DNA of 40,410 bases from Octopus bimaculoides (lineage: Eukaryota). Both the position numbers and the translations under genes were made by a program. Below, piece by piece: positions 12,180 through 21,184 of the stretch (the stretch's first letter is position 1; each line of letters begins with the position of its first letter). The DNA lies in the NCBI RefSeq assembly GCF_001194135.2, contig NC_068990.1, positions 65,421,141 to 65,461,550 on the forward strand, read 5' to 3'. The notes below the pieces were generated by a model. That model ran no database searches and was not told the DNA's origin. It saw only the letters and a program-made list of their open reading frames with translations.

Positions 12180-12480
12180 ATGGTAGACCCTCAGCTTACT
12201 CAAGAAATGAAGAGGCATTCTGTTATCGTGGTTATAAAGGCTTAGTATAGCGATTTAGAAATATTTTGATTTTTAAAAGTTGCCAGGTCTTTCGTCTACA
12301 AAGTTTGCAAGGAGTTAGAGACTGAAGATGGAAACGTAGCACCAGTATCAAAGCAATAAATAAATAAATAAATTTTAAAAAGCGTTCCAAACGCTCCAAA
12401 ATCATCAGAACACTTGAATTTATCCAACAAATTCAACAGACCGTTGATTACAGTCCCAAAAGGTCTACGAGGTCAATTAT
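12180..12480 (+). mobile_element. Tc1/mariner-superfamily (maT/DD37D-like) transposase N-terminal remnant
   Basis: MVDPQLTQEMKRHSVIVVIKA*YSDLEIF*FLKVARSFVYKVCKELETEDGNVAPVSK...KRSKRSKIIRTLEFIQQIQQTVDYSPKRSTRSI resembles the HTH DNA-binding region of maT-type transposases. Stops and an (AATA)n insertion are present. Confidence 0.7.
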
Positions 12481-13776
12481 TTCAGGCAACCAGTTATTGA
12501 AAAGACCGTTAGTCGAAAGGACCAATAAAACAAAGCCATTAGGTACTAATCACGGAGACTCACAGAGTGGTACTCGTGTTGTACAAGCATTTATCACTAT
12601 TATCCATTGTTGTACAGATGTCTCTTTATGGTATCATTCCATGTTCTGAGAGTGCTAAAGCGATTGAAAAGAGGCGACCTAACCAGTGAAATGCTTCAAC
12701 AGCCGAGTTGTAAACGTTTGAAACTCCGATCCCAGAAAGTGACCTGATCAAATTTGTGGTAGTTCCAATTTCTTTTCCGATATCGGTGCTTCAAAACATG
12801 CATATCTGCCTCGTGACTGAACAATCATCCAAGAGGTCATGGACGGTAAACCATAGACAACGCGGAAGCACAAGGAGACCGCAATCATATATGTCCATGA
12901 TGATTTCTTCACCTGAAGGTGGAGAAATCCTCATGTATATGTAATGGCAATTAAAAACAAGGAATTTTGCTTTTAAGGGACAGAACTCCTGATTTAGCAC
13001 TGAAGAGTGGTGTTTCTTGGAAATGAGAAAAATATTTTTACAGCGCACAATATTTCAACTTTGATTATCATTTTATATGTGATTATACTGTTCATAAACA
13101 TCAAGCAAATTCATAGCTTGTGCAAGTATTGGATAAATAGAGACTGTAAATCAAATATATTTTGGATACCTGCGTGGAAATGTGTGACATATAACGTTTT
13201 TAACCAATTAAGTTACAGGTAAAATTTGTCCTTTTAGTCGGGAAGCAGAGAACAATTATTCACTCTTTTCGAAGCCCGTAGTGCCCTACGTTAACGTTTT
13301 ACTCACATATAACCATGGTATACAGATATATTGTATGGACTCGACACAGGTGAGTAACAGGGTGTTTTTTTTTTATTGTAAACACTCTATCATCGTTTCC
13401 TCGTGTGTCGATACTTTACTCGGATTGATAATACCATATTGAGTAACTTCCACTTGTCTTTTATGTTCTAGTCAGGAGGGAAGGCAGTACGCCCGGCCCC
13501 ATTATAGGGCCCCTGAGACTAGAGAAAAGGAGCAAGGTCTTCTCAAACCGGGAACGAGGCCGAAATGTTAGCAATAGAGTGAACTCCAGGTAAAAACATT
13601 CAAGGGGTCAGAGGTAAAGTTAAACCGAGTGACGGGTTAAGTCTTTCTCCCAAGTTAAGACTACCAGCCAATTATTGTGCATCAGTGAAAGAGTAGGAGA
13701 GTGGATGTAATTTTCTGGTCACGAATATATGCATATACGTTTAATAGTTTTTGTTTTTGATAATTCCCACGTATCT

Positions 13777-13989
13777 AAGTCGGTGATCTGGCAGAATCGT
13801 TAGCACGCCGGGCGAAATGCTTAGCGGTATTTCGTCCATGGCTATGTTCTAAGTTAAAATTCCGCCGAGGTCGACTTTGCCTTTCATCCTTTCGGGGTCG
13901 ATAAATTAAGTACCAGTTGAGTACTGGGGTCAATGTAATCCACTATCCCTCTCCCCCAAATTTCAGGTCTTGTACCTTTAGTAGAAAGG

Positions 13990-13990
<1 letters not shown>
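13777..13990 (+). mobile_element. SINE family B, full length, with (TTA)n tail
   Basis: TGGCAGAATCGTTAGCACGCCGGGCG...AAGTTAAAATTCCGCCGAGGTCGAC...cttgtacctttagtagaaagga-(TTA)n. Confidence 0.92.
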
Positions 13991-14022
<32 letters not shown>

Positions 14023-14031
14023 GTTCAGTAG

Positions 14032-14100
<69 letters not shown>
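13990..14100. repeat. (TTA)n tract interrupted by ttcagtagttt
   Basis: Direct reading. Confidence 0.95.
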
Positions 14101-14495
14101 GCCTTTGCACAGCTTCTAACGCTGGAGATGTACTACGCTGTCAGCTGTTCACTACCAGTGAACTAAAGTAACACCTCTTATTTTTCGAGCACCTTCGGAG
14201 TATTCGAGCGGTTACAAGCAGTGCTGTTTTCTGCAAGTGTTCCACCCTTATTGCAGCCCCTATTTGTTCCACGTACTTCTCGAGATTTTTCGTCACTGTT
14301 CCTAGGGCCCCGACAATTATTGGTGCTACTGTTACCTTTTTTATCGACCACAACTGCTTAACTTCCCAAGCTAACCTGTCATATCTCTCAACTTTTCTTT
14401 CTTCCTTATCGCATACCTTGCTGTCAGCTGGGCATGCTATATCTATGATAAAGCATAGTTTGTTTTCTTAACTGAGAAAGAAAACAAACTATGCT
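14101..14495 (-). mobile_element. 5'-truncated R4/Dong-like non-LTR retrotransposon (REL endonuclease C-terminus and 3' UTR), copy 1
   Basis: KENKLCFIIDIACPADSKVCDKEERKVERYDRLAWEVKQLWSIKKVTVAPIIVGALGTVTKNLEKY...LQKTALLVTARILRR is a PD-(D/E)xK REL signature of the R4/Dong type. The 3' end abuts (TAA)n. Confidence 0.85.
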
Positions 14496-14518
14496 GGATT
14501 ATTATTATTATTATTATT

Positions 14519-15083
14519 CAGTAGTTTTATTTTTATAACGTGCTTTCACTTCACTACCGAGAGCAGCTCTGTGCGCCTTGGGTATGTGCTGTGGTTTGCT
14601 GTGGTGCTCTTATGGTTACTGTATTGAAAGTGTTTTGCGTAGGATGTGTGCTGTGCCCAGTAGTGCAATTTTCTGTATGTTATATATATTTGTAAGTCCT
14701 GGTGTTTTTGTTATGTATTTGTCTGAATATTTTTTTATTATACCTAAGGCACCTACTATAATAGGAATTGTTTCTGTTTTTAGATTCCACATTCGAGTTA
14801 CCTCTATTTCCAGGTCTTTGTATTTTGAAAGTTTTTCCATTTCTTTTAGAGAGACGTTGTCATCTGCTGGTATTGATACATCAATTAAAAAGCATTTTTT
14901 TTCTTCATGATCTTTGACAACTATATCTGGTCTATTTGCCTTAGTTTCTCTATCTGTGTGTATTGGCATATCCCAGAGTATGGTTGCTTTCTCGTTTTCT
15001 GTGACCTTTTCTGGCGTGTGTTTATACCATCTTTTTTCTGTTGTTATTCCATAGTGTTGGCATAGCTTCCAGTGTATTTTATT
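14519..15083 (-). mobile_element. 5'-truncated R4/Dong-like retrotransposon, copy 2 (different subfamily; open reading frame across the fragment)
   Basis: IHWKLCQHYG...HTPEKVTENEKATILWDMPIHTDRETKANRPDIVVKDH...CFLIDVSIPADDNVSLKEMEKLSKYKDLEIEV...PIIVGALG...IQKIALLGTAHILRKTLSIQ*; the 3' UTR ends ...aactactg-(AAT)n. Confidence 0.92.
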
Positions 15084-15092
15084 ACATAGGTT

Positions 15093-15304
15093 AAGGCGGC
15101 GAGCTGGCAGAATCGTTACCGCGCCGGGCAAAATGCTTAGCGGTACTTCGTCTGTCTTTACGTTCTGATTATAAATTCCATCGAGGTCGACTTTGTCTTT
15201 CATCCTTTCAGGGTCGATAAAATAAGTACCAGTTGAGCACTGGGATCGATGTAATTTACTTACCCTTCGCTCAGATTGCTGGCCTTGTGCCAAAATTTTA
15301 AATC
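15093..15304 (+). mobile_element. SINE family B, full length
   Basis: aaggcggcgagctggcagaatcgttacc...gaggtcgactttgtc...ggccttgtgccaaaattttaaatc. Confidence 0.92.
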
Positions 15305-15422
15305 TACATTTCCCTTGAATCCTTAGGACTCACAAGGCCGGTCTACCCGGCTTCCATGGCATGTAAGTGACCGAGAGAATAACATTTCCCTGAATAGGAT
15401 ATCTGTCGATTGTAAGGCCCTA

Positions 15423-15613
15423 GGAGCAGGAATTTTTAAGGGAAGAGGCCGGTCGATGGCATCGATCTCAGTATGTGATCGGTATATCGACCCCGAAAAG
15501 ATGAAAGGTAAAATCGACCGAGGTGAGATTTGAACTCAGAAAGTATAGAGCCAGAAGAAATACCGCTAAGCATTTTGTCCAACGTGCTAACGATTCTATT
15601 AGCTCGCCGACTT
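15423..15613 (-). mobile_element. SINE family B, diverged
   Basis: atcgaccccgaaaagatgaaagg...atttgaactcagaa...aaataccgctaagcatttt...gctaacgattct...agctcgccg. Confidence 0.8.
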
Positions 15614-16080
15614 TCTAACTGTTTATATATTTAATCAAACTCGGCAACGGCTTAAGTCTACCACTCGTGTAGAGCATAATGAAATTTGAACTTAGAACGC
15701 AAGAGGATGGAACAAACATCACAAGGAATCCTCGCCAACGTTCTTACATCTCCATCAACCCACTATTCTTTTTTTTTTCATCCACTGTGCAGAGAGCCAG
15801 ATCAAATATCCCAATGTATTCTGCCCGACGCGTTAACGACCCGGCAAAGTCGTCTTCGCTGACGAAGGAAAAGAAACACGAACGTCACTGAGCGAACAAG
15901 TGAACTTCTACAAAAGGGGTCCTCTTTTTTATCTTCTGGCAGTGTTGGTGTCCCCATTCGGAAGAATAGAGAGTAAAATACAACACAGAACAGTTATGTA
16001 TTATTTATGATTAACTTTTTTGATATAAACCTGCTTGAGACTTCCTATCATTCTATAATATAAACTTACAAATTTAAAGT

Positions 16081-16283
16081 GCAGTTCTATATTTAAGAGA
16101 TGAGGAATTATGTCCATTATTTTCATTTGACGGATATTTGTCCTCATTTTGTTTGTTGTTAACACAACGTTTCGGCTGATATACCCTCCAGCCTTCATCA
16201 GGTGTCTTGGGGAAATTTCGAACCTGGGTTCTCATTCCTAAGGTATTTTTCGATGTTATTGTTGTTGTTGTTGTTGTTGTTGC

Positions 16284-16356
<73 letters not shown>

Positions 16357-16478
16357 CTTCTTCTTCTTCTTCTTCTTCTTCTTCTTCTTCTTCTTCTTCT
16401 TCAGGTCATTGGAATCGAACTCGAAATCTTGGGGTTAGTAGCCCGCGCTCTTAATCACTACGCCATATGCCCGTGGGC
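16081..16478 (-). mobile_element. tRNA-headed SINE-like element: tRNA head, (GAA)n(CAA)n, and a Penelope-like tail with a hammerhead motif
   Basis: Minus strand head GGGCATA-TGGCGTAGTGA (A box)...GAGTTCGATTCC (B box), microsatellite at 16258-16402, then the tail containing the hammerhead at 16161-16207. Confidence 0.7.
16161..16207 (-). ncRNA. Candidate minimal type I hammerhead ribozyme (Penelope type)
   Basis: agacac-CUGAUGA-a-ggcug(gagggtatat)cagcc-GAAA-cgu-U-guguu: stem I GACAC/GUGUU, 5-bp stem II, palindromic AACGUU in place of stem III. Confidence 0.6.
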
Positions 16479-16609
16479 ACCTGATGACCAAGACACCTGA
16501 TGACAGATATCCGTCAAGTGTAAATCATGTAAATAATGTAAATTTAAACTGATCTAAATTAAAACTTTCAATCCAAATTCAGTGTTAATTGATATTCCAA
16601 ACACCAACT

Positions 16610-16827
16610 TAATGATCTCAAATTTTTGCTCAAGTCCAGCAACTCTGAGTCAGGAGGTCAAACGATTACATCGACCCCAGAACTCAACTGGTACTTACTT
16701 TGTCGATTCCAAAAGGATGAAAGATAAGGTCGATATCGGCAGAATTCGGACTCAGAACGTAATAACGGACGAAATGCCACAACGCATTTTGCTTGGCGTG
16801 CTAACGATTCTGGCAGTTCACCGCCTT
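16610..16827 (-). mobile_element. SINE family B
   Basis: aaggcggtgaactgccagaatcgttagcacgcc...ctgagtccgaattctgccg...ggggtcgatgtaatcg...ttgagcaaaaatttgagatc. Confidence 0.85.
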
Positions 16828-16867
16828 AAACACCAGGTTAATAATGACATGATTATTTTTCTAAGTT

Positions 16868-17245
16868 GTGGAGGCGCAATGGCTCAGTGGTTAGGGCAGC
16901 GGACTCGCGGTCGTAGGAACGCGGTTTCGATTCCCAGAGCGGGCGTTGTGAGTGTCTATTGAGCGAAAACACCTAAAGCTCCACAAGGCTCCTGTAGGGG
17001 ATGGTGGCGAACCCTGCTGTACTCTTCCACCACAACTTTCTCTTCCTATTTCTGTTGTGCCTGTAATTCAAAGGGTCAGCCTTGTCACACTGTGTCACGC
17101 TGAATATCTCCGAGAACTACATTAAGGGTACACGTGTCTGTGGAGTGCTCAGCCACTTGCACGTTAATTTCACGAGCAGGCTGTTCCTTTGATCGGATCA
17201 ACTGGAACCCTCGTCGTCGTAACCGACGGAGTGCCAACAAAACAA
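16868..17245 (+). mobile_element. Full-length tRNA-derived SINE, family C, copy 1
   Basis: GTGGAGGCGCAA-TGGCTCAGTGG (A box)...GGTTTCGATTCC (B box); 3' end ctcgtcgtcgtaaccgacggagtgccaacaa; degenerate TSD (ttttt-ctaagt / ttttg-ctaagg). Confidence 0.9.
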
Positions 17246-17355
17246 TTTTGCTAAGGTATCCATTATTTTCAAAATAAATAAAAAACAAAAGCTGTATATT
17301 TTAATAGAATTATCGTAATGAATGGGTTAATATAATGTTATTTAATTTAATAAGT

Positions 17356-17495
17356 TCAAATCCCAATGTGGGTCAGCTTTGCTTTCATCTTCCTGGCGTC
17401 AATAAAATGAAGTACGAGTCAAGTACTGGAATCGATGTAATCAACTGCTCCCTCCCTGCACACATATCTAGCTTCGTGTCTATACAAGAAATCAG
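17356..17495 (+). mobile_element. Degenerate SINE family B fragment
   Basis: tcaaatcccaatgtgggtcagctttgctttcatc...gtcaataaaatgaagtac...gtactggaatcgatgtaatcaact. Confidence 0.55.
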
Positions 17496-17535
17496 TTTAA
17501 TTTCATTTAATGGTACATTTTTAATGAGATTGATG

Positions 17536-17918
17536 TTGTTGGCACTCCGTCGTTTACGACGTCGAGGGTTCCAGTTGATCCGATCAACGGAACAGCCTGC
17601 TCGTGAAATTAACGTGCAAGTGGCTGAGCACTCCACAGACACGTGTACCCTTAACGTAGTTCTTGGGGATATTCAGCGTGACACAGTGTGACAAGGCTGA
17701 CCCTTTGAATTACAGGCACAACAGAAACAGGAAGTAAGAGTGAGAGAAAGTTGTGGTGCAAGAGTACAGCAGGGTTTGCCACCAACCCCTGCTGGAGCAT
17801 CGTGGAGCTTTAGGTATTTTCGCTCAATAAACACACATAACGCCCGGTCTGGGAATCGAAACCGCGATCCTATGACCGCGAATCCGTTGCCCTAACCACT
17901 GGGCCATTGCGCCTCCAC
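17536..17918 (-). mobile_element. Full-length SINE family C, copy 2, with a perfect 13-bp TSD
   Basis: Inverted homolog of 16868-17245. TSD AATGAGATTGATG at 17523-17535 and 17919-17931. Confidence 0.93.
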
Positions 17919-18099
17919 AATGAGATTGATGAACCTGGCACTTTCCAGCAAGTAACACATTTCTCTGTAGTGTCAGGGAAGTACACTTGCTAATATCATT
18001 CTCAACGGACAACCTTGTAGGAAATGTGCTTTTGGTTATAAAAATTGCCGAAAACCCTTGTCCACTAATATAAGTGAACGGGACCGGCAAATCTCCATC

Positions 18100-18176
18100 A
18101 GCAACAACAGCAGCACTACCAGCACTAGTACCTGCACTAGCACCAGCATCAGCACAGGCATCATCATCACCATCAT

Positions 18177-18207
<31 letters not shown>

Positions 18208-18252
18208 ACCACCACCACCATCACCATCACCATCATCACCACCACCACCACA
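18100..18252. repeat. Compound (CAG)/(CAT)/(CAC) triplet tract
   Basis: Direct reading. Confidence 0.9.
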
Positions 18253-18334
18253 AATGATATCATGAAAACAGTATCAGAACAGGCTCCCGTCTACTCAGCT
18301 GAAAATTTATATTAGATGCTCCAAATATCCTTGT

Positions 18335-18470
18335 TTTTTCAATGATTCATTGATCACTGATCCGGGTTAACACAACGCGCTCAATTGTAAACCATGTTAT
18401 GCTTATCACGGATTACATAATTGAGCGTACTGTGTTATCCTGGATCAGTAACGAATGAATCAGTGAAAAA
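18335..18470. repeat. Imperfect fold-back (MITE-like or hairpin)
   Basis: Left arm tttttcaatgattcattgatcactgatccgggttaacacaacgcgctcaatt is complementary to right arm aattgagcgtactgtgttatcctggatcagtaacgaatgaatcagtgaaaaa. Confidence 0.75.
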
Positions 18471-19244
18471 CGAAGCTACATGTACTATCTAAAATAAGGG
18501 AGAAAGCAAGAACAACATTTACAGACTTCTTAAGAAAGGAAGAGTAACATTTGTGGTCGAGTCCTAAATAGGCCAGAACTAGATAAGGAGTTAAAAAAAA
18601 CAAACAAAAAAAAACTAGGTAATAATTGAGAAGAATTAAGAAACTCATTTCTATTTCTACTAAAATGATAATGAATAAGGCCTTAAGATTATAAGAACAA
18701 GATATTCAGGGTTTTGCATGAATAGAAGGTTGGGTGTTACCGATTCATGAAAACGCAGATGGAAATAAAAAGAAGAAAAACCAAAAAGACCTCCCCCCAA
18801 AAAACCCATCGATTGCATAGAAAATGCCAGCGGATTATGAAGACAAAATATTAAAATCAAATACTTTCTGCTAGTGTTAAGCTAATTTTGTTTTTCTTTT
18901 TCTGTAATATTTTACTACTGTATTATGTATACGATATATTTTCATTGTAAATGAGCACTCTTTTTATCTGATTTTCAGCTTTATGTTTAACTATACTGGA
19001 AACATGCTTTGTTACAAAATGCTTTCTGCCATTGCAAAGGCACTTTTTTTTTTCTTTTTTTTCTTCTTATATTTATCCAGTTATGTTTCATTATTGCATT
19101 CATGTTTGATATTTTCACTAGAAGCCGCTGCTCTTGTTTCATTTCCTGATTTATCCGTGTTTTCATCTCGACTGCTGGCTTGTTTGTTACCAAATGCTTT
19201 CTGTTGTAGCCAAGCTGCTTTCGTTTTTCTCTTGAAACTTATTG

Positions 19245-19358
<114 letters not shown>

Positions 19359-19359
19359 T

Positions 19360-19574
19360 GTTAGCTAACAAAATCGTTAACCCATCGGAATAAACGTTTA
19401 GCAGCATTTCATCCGTCTTTACTTTCTGGGTTCAAACTCTGCCGTGGGGTCGACTTTGCCTTTTATCCTTTCAGGGTCGATAAAATTAGTACCAGTCGAG
19501 TACTGAGGTCGATATAATAGACTAACCTGCAACCACTAAAACTGCTGGTCTTGTGCCAAAATTAGAAAGAATTA
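19360..19574 (+). mobile_element. SINE family B, diverged
   Basis: aaaatcgttaacc...gggttcaaactctgccgtggggtcgactttgcc...gggtcgataaaattagtacc...ggtcttgtgccaaaattagaaag. Confidence 0.8.
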
Positions 19575-19973
19575 GTCTCACCACCACCACCACCATCAAA
19601 ATATGTTTTCTTTGTGCCAGCGTACCAAGTTTTGCTCAAGTTGTTTCTCCCCTGTTAGTATACTCTGGCTACCATATTTCAATAAACATCTCATGTTTAA
19701 ATACACTAAACATTGGTTTTAATATCGCTCGCTGAAATCGGAGTGCTGGTAGTAGATGTAGATGATGTTGACGCATGGCCGTGGGCCTTATATGACATTA
19801 AATGCAGTCGTCATCTGTTAGCGCTATATCGATAATTAGTACACTATTGTCATGTTTGCCAAAGAAAATGACGTCATGCTTATTATGCGCCGTCTGGCGG
19901 TGTGTCTGCATGTAAAATTCCATAGCGCTATCGCATTGTCATTTTATAACGTAGAAGAAGAGGCCTTCGTTAG

Positions 19974-19976
<3 letters not shown>

Positions 19977-20027
<51 letters not shown>
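19977..20027. repeat. (CAT)n microsatellite
   Basis: Direct reading. Confidence 0.95.
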
Positions 20028-20028
<1 letters not shown>

Positions 20029-21184
20029 GTTATTGCTGTTGTTGTGGTAGTGGTGGTGATAGTGATGTGAGCATCACGTCGCTTTGAGTTGATTCTTGTT
20101 TGTTCCTCTGTTTCTCTGCTCAAAAGTTGTTGATTGTTGACATTTTGTGAAATAACGTTTGTTTGAGTAAATTAAAATACACAAGGGAAGCTGACTTCTT
20201 TGTTTCTCGTCTTTGGAACTCAAATTTGTTAGAATAATTTCCAAATTTTTCCGTTTTACAAACGTAGCTTCGGCTTCTACAGCCACACAGCCAGCAAACT
20301 GAAGGGAGAGGAAGGACGTGGGAGGGTACATGCAGCACGTGCCAGTGTCCTTCTCCTTCACCGGAAGGCGAACGCTTGTAAAGCGTTGAAAGTTCGAAGT
20401 CCAAATAATTACACAACTGCTCTTGCAGCAAACAGCAGCAGCAGCAGCAGCAATAACAACAACAACTGTAGCAACAACAATGGTAGCGAATACAACATTT
20501 TGCTCATGGAATGGGAGGTGGAAGTTTCATCATTGAAAGTTGAAAGTCTAAAAACTTGATCAGTTGATCTAGCAAGTGGGGCCTCATATCAGTGAGGTGG
20601 GGGGGGGCGGTGCGCATTGATGCCGTCGAGAAGTAGGCCCCGAAACGGCGCGCATTCTCTCCTGATGACCCCATACACTTGCTGGCTTCCGGTATGCGGA
20701 GTTCTCGACTGGTAGCACTTGCATGTGCGAGTTGTTTGCAAGACATATAACGACAAACGAGTGGAGCAGTAAAAACAACAGCAACATCGGCAAAAAATTA
20801 TAGGAGCAATAACAACAGAAGCAACAGCAGCAAAGTCACTAAAGTTAACAACGGCAGAAGCAGCAGCAACAACAATAACGACGGTACTAGTATCGGAGAC
20901 AGTGGTTGCAGCGACCGTAGCAGCGACCGTAGCAGCAGAGGTAACGACAGACCTAGCAAACAACAATAACTACAAGAATAGCAACAATGGTTATGCTTCC
21001 TTCGCAGGAGTAGTCTCCGTAAAGGAGCTATAGAGTCTCAGCTGACAAGATAAGTAGGCAACATTAGTAAACACCGCTTGATTTAGGAAAATTGAAGGGA
21101 GAAGGTTAGAGCTTGTTCCCTCTCCTGAAACTGGAGCTGCATCTGCTAGAAAACTGTTATATATCGATACACGAGTTTAAAAAC

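Noticed and set aside
14616-15293. 225-aa ORF as a novel fusion gene
   Set aside because: The first ~70 residues are the antisense reading of the SINE at 15093-15304, running by chance into the Dong REL frame.
18430-18900. Tc1-like transposase remnant
   Set aside because: Only a vague resemblance to the SPDLNPIE motif; no supportable translation or TIR.
20625-20672. GAAAC...CTGATGA arrangement as a hammerhead ribozyme
   Set aside because: The sequences that would form stem II (cccc and cccc) are not complementary.
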